DNA from: a virus
Strand: one strand, 5' to 3'
IMG/VR virus record: IMGVR_UViG_3300001533_003062
Coordinates: 26,327-90,326 of that record
Length of the DNA: 64,000 nt
Shown in pieces: positions 31,258 through 41,491 of this stretch; within the stretch, counting starts at the first letter, position 1, and the number at the start of each line of letters is the position of its first letter. The notes under the pieces were generated by a model. That model saw only the letters and a list, made by a program, of their open reading frames with translations. It ran no database searches and had not been told where the DNA came from. The translations under genes were made by a program, and so were the position numbers.

Positions 31258-31998
31258 TTATTTATTATTTTTTAAAGCTTTTAGAGCGTCCAAGGCATTT
31301 GACACTTGGCTGCCGCTCTCCACTACTCTCGTTTTTAAATTTATTTTTGCATTTGCATCTTCAACTTTGATATTAGGTATATACACCTCATCAGAACTTC
31401 GCGGAGAAGTATAATCCCCGACATTAGAACGAGGGCCGCTCGATACCGCCCCAGATTGTATAAGATTTATGAGCATATCTATCTTACTATCTATGTTATT
31501 ATCTACCGGTTTTTCCTTTTCAGGAGCGGGCTCAGTGTTAATACTATTTATCCCAGATAATCTCTGTTCTAGTCTTTCGTTTACTCCCGCCATGAACTGT
31601 TCCATCAAGCTATTCTTATCCTCTTCCGGGGACTCACTTATTCTTTTTTCAAGAGATATTATCTTTTCAAGAAGCATGTCTATCTTACTTTCATCATTTT
31701 TAGCGGGAACCTCTCTTATTACTTCTTTCTCTATAATTATAGGATCTTTTTGAGATTCTGAGACTACTTCGTTGATAGAGGCTGACGTACTATGCTCTAT
31801 ACTAAAGTCGCTATTAGAGGGGGTGGTGTCTTTACTCTGCTTAAGAACTATCAAACGCCCTGATTTTATCTCACGCTTTAAATCGAGCGACCGATCATAG
31901 TCCGAGTCAGTGTAGGACTTCTGCTGCTTATAATAGACCACATCCTCAAGATCTTTTATCTCTAATTTTTTAGTGGAGTTACCTAAGACTACGATCAT
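31258..31998 (-). CDS. Coiled-coil protein directly upstream of the actin-like ATPase
   Basis: Likely start MIVVLG at 31998 rather than 32079; duplicated SKIDML motif; 11 bp from the actin gene. Confidence 0.55.
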   Translation of the reverse strand: MIVVLGNSTKKLEIKDLEDVVYYKQQKSYTDSDYDRSLDLKREIKSGRLIVLKQSKDTTPSNSDFSIEHSTSASINEVVSESQKDPIIIEKEVIREVPAKNDESKIDMLLEKIISLEKRISESPEEDKNSLMEQFMAGVNERLEQRLSGINSINTEPAPEKEKPVDNNIDSKIDMLINLIQSGAVSSGPRSNVGDYTSPRSSDEVYIPNIKVEDANAKINLKTRVVESGSQVSNALDALKALKNNK

Positions 31999-32099
31999 CT
32001 TATATATCCTATATAGAAAATTTTTTATTCTCACTACAAAAAGATAAATGATAGCCTCAAAGGTAGGGATATTTATCATTTATTATATACATATTCAAA

Positions 32100-32205
32100 T
32101 AGTTGCAATTTCTATAGAAAAATATAGAAATCGGTTTTTTAGACGCTTCACCGTCAATCGCGCCCCCCCCGGAGGGGCGAGCGTCTTACATCGACTCTGC
32201 GTCCG
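32100..32205 (-). ncRNA. Putative TnpB omega-RNA / element right end
   Basis: GC-rich structured segment right after tnpB stop (CGCCCC..GGGGCG hairpin) plus ATTTCTATA/TATAGAAAT hairpin at 32108-32131; boundaries approximate. Confidence 0.5.
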
Positions 32206-33306
32206 TTAAGCACAGGCAACTCCCTGTGCTTGCGCCTCGCGCAATATGTTCCGAGATGCGTTCACATCTCTATCATGTACTACTCCACACGCCTCACACA
32301 CCCAGGACCTATCCCGAAGGGATAGGTCCTGGTGCAGTGTCCCACAGTCAAAACACATCTTTGAGGATGGAAAGAACCTGTTGACTTTAACTATTTTTTT
32401 ATCCGACCTTTGAGCTTTATAGTCAAGGAAAGATACAAATTTAGTCCAACCAGCATCTGAAATAGATTTAGATAGTCTTCTATTTTTAACCATCCCTTTT
32501 ACATTCAAGTCTTCCAGACCAATAAAATCGTAATCCCTCACCAGGTCCGAAGAGACCTGGTGCAGGAACCACAATCTTTGGTTAGCTATCTTTGAATGTA
32601 TCTTAGCTACTTTGAGTTTACATTTTTGATATCTATTCGATCCTTTCTTTTTCTTAGAAAGGTGCTTTTGAGCCTTGCGCAATGGCGCGTGGTTTTTGCG
32701 GAACCATTGCGGATTAGATATCTTTGTACCATCAGAAGTAACTACAAAATCCTTAAGTCCCAGATCGACCCCCACGACCCGTAGGGTCTGAGGGGCTTTG
32801 TCATGGACTATCTCATCGACTAAAACAGAAACAAAATACTTACCCGTCCGGTCTCTCGAGACCGTCACGGAAAGGTACTTACAGTCTTTGTTAGGTCTTC
32901 TTTCCATGACTGTTTTGATCCAACCTATTTTTTCAAGTCTGATCTCATGATTACCTAAATCAAACTTCTGATTAGGCAGTCGATACGACTGCCTGTCAAA
33001 CTTATTCTTAAAACTACATCTACCTATCTTCTTTAACCTACTCTTATTGAAGAACTGGCTCTTGTAAGTTCTGAAGTCGATTTCTTTCTGCTGCAAAGCA
33101 GCAGCTGAGACCTCGGACATCCATTCAAGATTATTTCTTATTTCTGTAGAAGTCCTAAATGTTGGTTTAGGGTTATTGACTTTATCATAGGTGTTGAAGG
33201 TAGCTACATTAGTATTCCAAATGACCCGGACGCACCCAAAAGTCTTGCGAAGCAAGACCTCCTGTTCAGCGTCCGGGTATATCCTATACTTGTAAGCTTT
33301 ATGCAC
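32206..33306 (-). mobile_element. tnpB: IS200/IS605-family TnpB RNA-guided nuclease, apparently intact, no adjacent transposase
   Basis: KAYKYRIYP HTH, RuvC-I GVDLG, RuvC-II LEDL, CxxC..CxxC ribbon, RuvC-III DRDVNAS. Confidence 0.95.
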
Positions 33307-33447
33307 CTTTTGATCCTTTTATTACTCTACTCTTAAATATACATAGAAGACAATTCTATTTTAAACCATATTCTTCTATATTTATTTTATATTAATAGCA
33401 TATCTCAAAGGGGGAGAAGTACGATGACCTCTCCCCTCCACTTAATC

Positions 33448-34053
33448 TTAGAAATTAGAATACCTATCAACAGCCATATCGAAAGCTGTTTTAGATTTCT
33501 TTTTATCCTCGTCGCCGAATTGAGCCCCAGGTTCTTCCTTAAACTCGACCCTGCCGTCTGAATCCTCTTTATCTTTAGTAGTTCTCTTCTTAGGCTTAGG
33601 CTCTTCGTCTTCTTCATCTTCCTCGTCTTCTTCATCTTCCTCGTCTAAGTCATTCTCGTCTGTCTCTTTTTCAGTCTTCTTTTTAGGTTTATCTTCTTCC
33701 TCTTCATCGACTTCTTCCTCAAAAACATCCTCTTCAGTATCATCGTCAGTATCTATAGGGTCTCCAGAATCATCCGCCGCCTCTATAAAAAATCTCTCAC
33801 TTTCCTCAGTAGCAGCGTACTTCATATCTCCCCCACAAGCCTTACAAGAAACCGTGTCATCTACAGAAACACTGGCCACATACTCTATCCCGTTGTCCGA
33901 AGCAAATTTAGACCGGATACTATTAATAGATGCCAGATTAGAAGTGTGATTACAACTTTCACAAACAAAGTAGGTTTTCTCCGACGCCTGCTTCTCTATC
34001 ATATCTGCTATCTCGAAGAGCTTCTCTGCCGCCTGTTTTACATTAAAAGACAT
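33448..34053 (-). CDS. Zinc-ribbon protein with long acidic tail
   Basis: CESC..CKAC; D/E-rich C-half; GGAG RBS. Confidence 0.65.
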   Translation of the reverse strand: MSFNVKQAAEKLFEIADMIEKQASEKTYFVCESCNHTSNLASINSIRSKFASDNGIEYVASVSVDDTVSCKACGGDMKYAATEESERFFIEAADDSGDPIDTDDDTEEDVFEEEVDEEEEDKPKKKTEKETDENDLDEEDEEDEEDEEDEEPKPKKRTTKDKEDSDGRVEFKEEPGAQFGDEDKKKSKTAFDMAVDRYSNF

Positions 34054-34167
34054 ATTTATTCTCCTTTAAAATTGATATACGACTAATAAATTTATAAGTA
34101 TAACACAGATACTTATGAAAAGATTATTAATTTTTTACACATAATCCATATATGTTAGGTTCATGCA

Positions 34168-35607
34168 TTAGCTGCTTAGCACTCCTACGGTAATTAGGGT
34201 TAAGTTAAATATTGCGGCAACGAGTGGGGGTAAAGCGTACATAATATTTTCGAAGGTTACTGTTCTTCCGGTTCTTTCATACTGGTCAGGTATCTCCGGT
34301 TTATTAGGTATCGCAGGACTTGCATCTGAAGAAGGAGCCTCCCTAAAGGCGTTAAAAGAAGCAGGAACATTAACTACGCCTCCGTTAATAGGTACTACAT
34401 ACCTTATATCCTGCTGATCTAAAGGAGATAAATTGAAATGCTGTTGGTATATAGCACCCCTCGATCCTTGCGGGTTCACACGCGCAATAGAATACCTATC
34501 ATTATTGCCTCTAACTATAAAATCTCTATCATTTATAAGCGGATGAGGGCCTGTCCACGTAGCCCAATCATAAGATATGTGTAGACCTATATCTGTTAAA
34601 TTTACCATTTTCTCTGTTTCTGGAGGTGCCACTAAGATATCATACGGGCCCTCGTAACCCCCCGTATACCCTGTACCAAAACATAGAGGACAGTCAGTCT
34701 TAGACTGCCTGTATTGCTCATCCCAGCAAGAACACCTTTCACCCGCCCATTTACGTATAAATAACTTTACACGCTCTCCCGCCTGCTCTAAGAGCCACTT
34801 ATTCCTTCTGATAGCCTCGGCCCAAATCCAATCTACTTTTTCCATATCGTAGAGACTGATGGGGTCTATTTGATTTAAGGGGGTCTCCATGGTAGCCCCT
34901 GACTCTGGGTCTAAAGCTACCGTGGCCACCTTGTAGTAAATTTTTCTATTTATATCCGTCTGAATAGCATTATTTATGTAGGTATAGGAAATCCTCACCT
35001 CTCCACCCATATTAGGGTCGGGTAATATTGGTTTATCTATTTGGTGCGTAGTATGGTTAAAGATCTTATTTTTAATAAGATATACTTCTCCCGCATCTCC
35101 CAAAACCTTAAAAGCAGGCACAGTCTGAAAATCATCAGAACTCGTAGCTTTTATATCCACCCTTACATGCTGCGGCGAGTTAGCTATCTGACCGTTGGTG
35201 CCTGGTATTGTTATAGGTTTATAATACGTCTTTATTATCCAATCCCCGGTGGCATTAGTCCCCGCAATAAGCCTTCCCCCAAGCATTGGATCTTCCTCTA
35301 AAACTAAAACTTCTCTAGTCTCGTCTCTATAATAAAGAGAGCCTATAGGAGTATCATTTAATTTTTCGTAGTTACCTTCAGGAGTATCATAAGACCTATA
35401 AATATTAACGCCCAACATATCTAGATTATTATGCTCGGCATATATGCCCGGATTATCCCATCTTATATCTATCACGCCTATTAAATAAGGACTTGTCACA
35501 TGCACATTCTTAGGTCCTAGGGGAAGAGACGGCGGAGTGTAGTCACCCTCCTTATAAGGTAGTTTGAAACCAGGCCTGCTATATGCTCCGAAATCGTGAC
35601 TTAACAT
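34168..35607 (-). CDS. Neck / head-closure-like protein
   Basis: GERVKLFIRK..CSC..CPLCFGTGY..WTGPHPLINDRDFIV; structural context. Confidence 0.5.
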   Translation of the reverse strand: MLSHDFGAYSRPGFKLPYKEGDYTPPSLPLGPKNVHVTSPYLIGVIDIRWDNPGIYAEHNNLDMLGVNIYRSYDTPEGNYEKLNDTPIGSLYYRDETREVLVLEEDPMLGGRLIAGTNATGDWIIKTYYKPITIPGTNGQIANSPQHVRVDIKATSSDDFQTVPAFKVLGDAGEVYLIKNKIFNHTTHQIDKPILPDPNMGGEVRISYTYINNAIQTDINRKIYYKVATVALDPESGATMETPLNQIDPISLYDMEKVDWIWAEAIRRNKWLLEQAGERVKLFIRKWAGERCSCWDEQYRQSKTDCPLCFGTGYTGGYEGPYDILVAPPETEKMVNLTDIGLHISYDWATWTGPHPLINDRDFIVRGNNDRYSIARVNPQGSRGAIYQQHFNLSPLDQQDIRYVVPINGGVVNVPASFNAFREAPSSDASPAIPNKPEIPDQYERTGRTVTFENIMYALPPLVAAIFNLTLITVGVLSS

Positions 35608-35609
35608 TA

Positions 35610-37946
35610 TTAAACCCCATCCCTTATTCCAAAAGTACTTTTATGTATCCGCTCGATATTATCCTCACCGGTATAGTCATTAACCATTTTAAAAGAAGAT
35701 ACACTCACGGGGCCACCAGATACACCACCCACCGAGAACTGGATCCCTGTATAAGAGGGTTCCCACAGTGTTATGGACTTCTCATAAACGGAACCATTAC
35801 CCCTAACCTTATAATCCATTACAGCGCCTGTAACGCCCATAATGCCCGTCACACCCAAATCCACCAGTACCTCACCAGAAATCTCTGGAGCGGGTATAGT
35901 GTAAGAAATCCCATCTACTTTATGAGATATGCTTACTCCTGATTTTTTATTTATAGAGAACCCATGAGTCCCATTACTCAGCTCTATTTTAAAGTCATTC
36001 ACGGAATCCACTTTAAGGTGCATCCTTAAAGGAAATTCAAAATACTCGTCGTACATAACCGAGCCGCCATCAAAGACTTTTAAACTGTTGAAGTTAAAAT
36101 TAACTTCTCCCGAGGTGGACCACTCTTCCCTTAAAAATTTACTTACTATTTTTCCTCCTCGGTCTACCTCTACTGTTTTAGACACACCTATTAGGTGCAT
36201 ACCTGATGCACCTGTAAATTCAGGATATATACCGGGGAAAACTATTATATTCTCCGCAGAAGATGCAGCAATAGCTCCGTTTATAGTCCGGAAAGGTCCT
36301 GTATAAGAACCATTGTATGTCCCGGTCTCAGACCCTATCATAAAATACCCTGTATCACCCCCATCCGGAGATACATAAACTTTATTGGCAGACAAACTAG
36401 GATACGATGAGTGTATTAAAGCAGTATTATCTAAACCTGACACACCTACATCTACCCTAGAGTAGCCCTTGAAAAGAATATTTCTACTACGGTACCGACC
36501 TATTTCAGGTATACCCACCATACCTGTATAACCCGCAGCAGGATTCAAATTTACGTTTAAATCCTTAGCCTCTAAGAAGGCTCTATCAAGGGTTGCAAAA
36601 GGACCTGTTTCACCTCCTGTACCTATAAAATCGAAACCTCTCTCGTCAATATAGTTAATAAGGTCGCCACTAACGCCCGTTACATACTCAAAAGCACCTA
36701 TATCCGGTGTTACGTAATTTCTTCTAGCGCCTAGTTTATCTTTATTTCTATTAAAGGGCACCGCATTATATACTGTACCTCCCGTTATCCCTAACCAAGC
36801 CTGTGCCCATCTCTCGGGATCTGCGGAATCTATACTAGGAGACCCTGACCTTAGTTTAAAGTCATTACCTGGAATATCCTTGAATAAGGTATCTGCAGAG
36901 ATGTTGCCCGTATCATCAGAGGCCACAGATCCATCGTAATTAGTGGTTACCCCGTAAAAATTATTATATCTTATCTTAACTGGGGTATTTAAGTATACCC
37001 CCAGAGCTATATCAGGGAAGGGAGCTCCTAGACCTGAAAAATTATTCGAGTCTATACTACTGTTGGTATCTATGATATTTTGGGCCCTTATGGCCTCACC
37101 ACTAATCGCAGGAGCACCCTCTGAGTACATCACCCTTAGTACCTCACCCACCTCTAACTGATTTTCTAATATGAGGCCTTCCCATGAAACTATGTACCCG
37201 TTACCTATTACAGTGTAATCATCCCCATAGTAAAAACTGGGACCTGTTGTAACAGAAAGACCTACATCGTACCCGTAGCTATTTTGGGACGCCAAAGAAG
37301 GTAAGGATATCCTCTTATTCTGTATATCGAAAGGAGTTAAAGTATGGTATATTACCCTTAAGCTACTATCTGGAGGCACCGTCGAGGATACCGTCCCAGA
37401 ATCCACTATAGTATTATGATAAACCTCAAGATGGCCTATGGTATTCACATCGATAGATCTGGACCCCCTCGCAAATACATTACCAGATATATTTACGCCC
37501 TTAGCCGTCTCTATTTTAATACCCTCTACAAAACCTATAAAATCACACTGAGCTATCGAAATATAATTAACATCTTTAATATTTATAGGATTATCTATAC
37601 CATCGAAATAACACTCTTTTAGGGATATACTCCCCAACCCTACGCTAGATACCACTACGCCCTCTATGAGAGATGTATCGAAAGTTAAACCCCGGAAAAG
37701 TCCTTGAGAAGTGTTTATAGTCAATTTACCTATAACAGGGTAGGAACCGTAAGCCGCTAAGATACTTATATTTTTAGACACAGTTAAATCACCATAGGAA
37801 GATCCGTCACCCTCTTGTAGGATAATCAGCCCTCCACTAGAGGACCTATCATAAGCCTCCCCCAAGCTTTGAAGAGGCTCTAGGATATTTCCTGAATTTA
37901 AATCATTACCATTTAAATTATCTACGTAGTATATTGCTAATGGCAT
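35610..37946 (-). CDS. Parallel beta-helix protein (fibre/spike-like), GxTG-rich
   Basis: YYVD..GND.NSG...P, VYVSPDG..GPFRTI..AI and DFKLRSGSPSIDS..PDIGAFEY motifs typical of pectin-lyase-like proteins. Confidence 0.7.
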   Translation of the reverse strand: MPLAIYYVDNLNGNDLNSGNILEPLQSLGEAYDRSSSGGLIILQEGDGSSYGDLTVSKNISILAAYGSYPVIGKLTINTSQGLFRGLTFDTSLIEGVVVSSVGLGSISLKECYFDGIDNPINIKDVNYISIAQCDFIGFVEGIKIETAKGVNISGNVFARGSRSIDVNTIGHLEVYHNTIVDSGTVSSTVPPDSSLRVIYHTLTPFDIQNKRISLPSLASQNSYGYDVGLSVTTGPSFYYGDDYTVIGNGYIVSWEGLILENQLEVGEVLRVMYSEGAPAISGEAIRAQNIIDTNSSIDSNNFSGLGAPFPDIALGVYLNTPVKIRYNNFYGVTTNYDGSVASDDTGNISADTLFKDIPGNDFKLRSGSPSIDSADPERWAQAWLGITGGTVYNAVPFNRNKDKLGARRNYVTPDIGAFEYVTGVSGDLINYIDERGFDFIGTGGETGPFATLDRAFLEAKDLNVNLNPAAGYTGMVGIPEIGRYRSRNILFKGYSRVDVGVSGLDNTALIHSSYPSLSANKVYVSPDGGDTGYFMIGSETGTYNGSYTGPFRTINGAIAASSAENIIVFPGIYPEFTGASGMHLIGVSKTVEVDRGGKIVSKFLREEWSTSGEVNFNFNSLKVFDGGSVMYDEYFEFPLRMHLKVDSVNDFKIELSNGTHGFSINKKSGVSISHKVDGISYTIPAPEISGEVLVDLGVTGIMGVTGAVMDYKVRGNGSVYEKSITLWEPSYTGIQFSVGGVSGGPVSVSSFKMVNDYTGEDNIERIHKSTFGIRDGV

Positions 37947-37954
37947 TATTCATC

Positions 37955-38260
37955 CTATTCGTATTCATAAATGACCCGTACTACAGGGCTCTCCGACCCC
38001 ACCCCACTAACTCCTATATCTTGCTCCCTTACCTTCTTTATGGAAGAGTTTTCAAGGTTATACGTAATAAAGCCATAATCTATCCCAGTCAAACCCCAAT
38101 CTATCCCTTCCTTCTGAGCCGGACCGTGGACTGGATCCACTAATACCTTCCACTCACCCTCCAGGCCTGTAATCGGGGGGTACTTCAGCCTAAATAAACC
38201 ATCTCCTGGATTACTTATAGTACCTGTTAATAGGTGATTTTCGAATTCTATAGGCATCAA
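37955..38260 (-). CDS. Small structural protein, paralog of 38261-38563
   Basis: Shared LTGTISNPGDGL..P.HG..Q..G.D.GLTG..Y...TYNLE; similar segment inside 35610-37946. Confidence 0.7.
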   Translation of the reverse strand: MMPIEFENHLLTGTISNPGDGLFRLKYPPITGLEGEWKVLVDPVHGPAQKEGIDWGLTGIDYGFITYNLENSSIKKVREQDIGVSGVGSESPVVRVIYEYE

Positions 38261-38563
38261 TTACTCTCTGTTATATGTAACGCGTATCTCGGGACCAGTA
38301 AAACCTACACCATACTTATCTATATCGTGTAACCTGACACCTTTAATGGCAGAACCCTCTAGGTTATAAGTGAGAATATTGTATTCCGCACCTGTTAAAC
38401 CAAAATCCTGTCCCAATCTTTGGCTTCTGCCATGGATAGGGGTAACCTCTATATCAAAAGTTCCCGCAGGCCCTGTCGTAGGATAACCCCGAAGGGGTAT
38501 AAGACCATCCCCTGGGTTAGATATTGTACCTGTTAGGGTATAGTATTCTACAGCTATTGGCAT
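38261..38563 (-). CDS. Small structural protein, paralog of 37955-38260
   Basis: Tandem duplicate sharing the same motifs. Confidence 0.7.
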   Translation of the reverse strand: MPIAVEYYTLTGTISNPGDGLIPLRGYPTTGPAGTFDIEVTPIHGRSQRLGQDFGLTGAEYNILTYNLEGSAIKGVRLHDIDKYGVGFTGPEIRVTYNRE

Positions 38564-38567
38564 CTAT

Positions 38568-38871
38568 TTATCCTTCTTTTTGTTCTTTTTATTATAGGAT
38601 TTATACCACTCTAACTCTTTTATGTGCTTCGCCTGTTCTTTTAGATAAGTATCTGTACCTGAAAAACCTATATTCTCCTCCACAAAATTATGGCACCTAT
38701 CTCTGTTACCTGATTTTTGTGGTGATCAAGTCATGTAGTTTCTGTATCAAAAAATATAGATGTCTTACCCTTTAAACGATCAAACATCTCTTTAGGGCTG
38801 CCTAAATATTTAGACGCCGCCTCCACCTGATTACCCAGATAACTTAAGACTACTTTAAATCTATCGCCCAA
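38568..38871 (-). pseudogene. Relic of a DEDDh (DnaQ-like) 3'-5' exonuclease
   Basis: TTG at 38871 with GAGAGG RBS; reads SIFFDTETT*LDHHKNQVTEIGAI, with TGA (38731-38733) at the Gly of ExoI DTETTGL; frame breaks soon after. Confidence 0.65.
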
Positions 38872-39012
38872 AATAAACCTCTCGATTTAAGATACAACTA
38901 GTATCAAGTATGTTTTTATTAATAGAAAATTAGTATTAAAAAAGTAGATAGAATAAAGTATATTACTATAGGTGCTTAAAGACCCTTAATAACCATATGA
39001 AACGAGTTGTAC

Positions 39013-41490
39013 ATGCCGAACCGATGGACAAGCCTAGAGGACTCCTTGCTTAAGGAGATATACCCTAATAATAGAAAGTCCTTCATTGAGGAGACACTCA
39101 AAAAAGACTGGACCTGTATCAAAAGGAGAGCACAAAGACTCGGACTAGCGAGAGACCCTGATTTAGTGAATAAGGATAGAGCAGTAAGAAAACAGAGAAA
39201 AGATGCCTGGACCCCTGACCAGGAAAAGTATTTAATTGAGATATTCGAATCTAATACCAAAGAATATATTCTCTCTAAAATAGATAGGCCGTGGAAGGGT
39301 ATCCATGCCCGGGCTAAAAAACTTGGATTGACCCGAGACCTTAAAATAGTTAAAAAAGAGATGATTGAAGGCGGTAAAAAATCATTAGAGACTATGGATG
39401 GTATCTGGTCTGACCAAGAAAACTCAGTACTAAACACCTGTTACAACTGTATGCCCCGGGAAGAGCTCTTGAATAAGTTAAAGGGAAGAACCTGGTCAGC
39501 CATAAGGGCTCAGGCCTTTAAATTAAAGTTGAGACGAGACCCAGACCTCGTAAAAGAAGAGAACGCCATCTACACCAAAAAAGCTATTAATGAAAAGTAC
39601 GGAGTCGATTCTTACTATCAAACAGAGGAGTTTAAGGAGAGGTCCAAAAAAACTAATCAAGAAAAGAGAGGAGCCGACTACCCAACCCAGGACCCCGTAG
39701 TAAAAGATAAGGTAAAGAACGCGGTCTACGAAAAATACGGGGTCGATAATGTATTCCAATCAGAACTTATCAAAGAAAAAATAAAAGACACCAATATGAA
39801 CAAATACGGGGTAGAAAGCCCCCTGCAAAATAAAGAAATACTTAAAAAAGCACGAGATACTAATAAAGAAAAATACGGTGTAGAGAATCCTTTTCAGATG
39901 GTAGACAGAGTTAAAAAAGGTATGCTTGAAAAATACGGTGAAGAAATCCCTCTTCGTGTACCTGAAATTATGGAAAAGAAAATAAGAACAAATATAAGTA
40001 AATATGGATTTGGGACATCTTCTAAGAACCCAGAGGTAAAAGTCAAAATATCTGAGGCTCGCAAAAAACCAGAAGCCAAAAGAAAGGATTACGAGACCCG
40101 TAAAAAGAACAATACTTTTACCGTCTCTAAAGAAGAAATAACTTTCGGTTTATACTTAAAGAATATAGACCCTGATATAAAACACCATCATATCCATCCG
40201 GAACTTGGGCATACAATAGACTTCTTTTCTCCTAAGTATAACATTTGGATCCAATATGATGGGACATACTGGCATAGGGAGGGTAGTAGAACTTATGGCA
40301 TAGATAAGACCCAAAATGATTTAATAAAAAACCTAGTCAGATTTGATTCTGTAGAAGTGTCTGAGCATATCAAAGATAATACAGTAATAAATTTTATTAA
40401 GCACACAATAGAAGATAAGATAAAACAAAATGTAGACCTTATTATGTGCCACCAATACGCCAAGAAATTGGAGCACTATACCGAGGATGTAAAAGGCCTC
40501 GATTTCAATCCTAATAATATAAAAGCCTCAGACATCTCCTATCAGTTAAGCCCCTTGGATAGTAATATAAGATTCTTCATAAAAAAATATGAGTGGCTAG
40601 GAACGATAGGTAATAGCCCTAAATGGTGCTTTACAGCTAAATTTAGAGATATTCTTGTAGGAGTACTTCTTATTAACGAGCCTAACGCTTATTCAAAGAT
40701 GTTAGGCAAGGACACACCCAAGTATGAAGCTCTTATTCAAAGGGGAGCCACTATATCCTGGGCGCCTATAAATACTGGTAGTAAGCTTATTATGTTCGCT
40801 TGTAAATGGATGGTCAATAATACCGACAAAAGATTGTTCGTGGGTTATGCCGACCCGGCTGCCGGTGAGAGAGGCACAATCTATAGGGCATGTAATTTCT
40901 ATTACATAGGGAACAATTTCGGAAACACTCGGGTATACCACCACTCGAGCATGCCCAAGTTATTCACTTACCAAGACCTAAATAGGACAGCTTCTTTTAA
41001 AAGATGGTGCAAAGATAATCATATAGAACCTGAAAAAGAGTGGTTCAAAGAGAACGGATTCAAAGATATTTATAAGATACCTCAGGAGATCAGAACTAAG
41101 TGGACGCTATGGAAAAAAAATCTGATAAATAATTCGGATACTATAGAGTTAGCGCCTAAGATGAAGTTTGCACTTATTCTAGGTAAAAATAAAAGAGAGC
41201 TTAAGTTTTTAATGTCCTTAAAAAACTTTGAGGTAAAAAAATTTCCTAATAATCGTAGTACCAGCGGTTCCGTTTGTACACCTAAAAGTATATCCGTTAA
41301 AAACAAGGCAAAAATCAACCATGGAAAGACATCAGATAGAAAAAATCCCGAAAAAATTAAATTTATAACAGAAAACCACGGAAAAATGAGCCGAGAGGAC
41401 CTCTCGAAATATCTTAAAGAAACCCCGAGATGGGTTAAGAGACAGATAGCAAACCTTATAAAGGTCGGGGCTATCACCCCTAAAAAGTAA
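39013..41490 (+). CDS. Homing-endonuclease-like protein fused to a Mom-like GNAT domain
   Basis: Three W(T/S)..(E/Q)...L...Y/F Myb-like repeats, multiple KYGV repeats, IDFFSPKYNIWIQYDGTYWH (Vsr/PD-(D/E)xK-like), then GYADPAAGERGTIYRACNFYYIG (Mom-like); antisense to neighbours. Confidence 0.7.
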   Translation: MPNRWTSLEDSLLKEIYPNNRKSFIEETLKKDWTCIKRRAQRLGLARDPDLVNKDRAVRKQRKDAWTPDQEKYLIEIFESNTKEYILSKIDRPWKGIHARAKKLGLTRDLKIVKKEMIEGGKKSLETMDGIWSDQENSVLNTCYNCMPREELLNKLKGRTWSAIRAQAFKLKLRRDPDLVKEENAIYTKKAINEKYGVDSYYQTEEFKERSKKTNQEKRGADYPTQDPVVKDKVKNAVYEKYGVDNVFQSELIKEKIKDTNMNKYGVESPLQNKEILKKARDTNKEKYGVENPFQMVDRVKKGMLEKYGEEIPLRVPEIMEKKIRTNISKYGFGTSSKNPEVKVKISEARKKPEAKRKDYETRKKNNTFTVSKEEITFGLYLKNIDPDIKHHHIHPELGHTIDFFSPKYNIWIQYDGTYWHREGSRTYGIDKTQNDLIKNLVRFDSVEVSEHIKDNTVINFIKHTIEDKIKQNVDLIMCHQYAKKLEHYTEDVKGLDFNPNNIKASDISYQLSPLDSNIRFFIKKYEWLGTIGNSPKWCFTAKFRDILVGVLLINEPNAYSKMLGKDTPKYEALIQRGATISWAPINTGSKLIMFACKWMVNNTDKRLFVGYADPAAGERGTIYRACNFYYIGNNFGNTRVYHHSSMPKLFTYQDLNRTASFKRWCKDNHIEPEKEWFKENGFKDIYKIPQEIRTKWTLWKKNLINNSDTIELAPKMKFALILGKNKRELKFLMSLKNFEVKKFPNNRSTSGSVCTPKSISVKNKAKINHGKTSDRKNPEKIKFITENHGKMSREDLSKYLKETPRWVKRQIANLIKVGAITPKK

Positions 41491-41491
41491 A

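Noticed and set aside
33405-33635. 76-aa basic ORF
   Set aside because: Alternate frame of the acidic tail of 33448-34053
38731-38733. TGA at a conserved Gly suggesting TGA=Gly recoding (code 25)
   Set aside because: Multi-kb Gly-rich genes are intact under code 11, TGA ends 54765-55673, and the relic breaks again downstream; a single nonsense mutation is simpler
38976-41477. Minus-strand ORFs inside the plus-strand 39013-41490 gene
   Set aside because: Antisense shadows of a gene with clear domains
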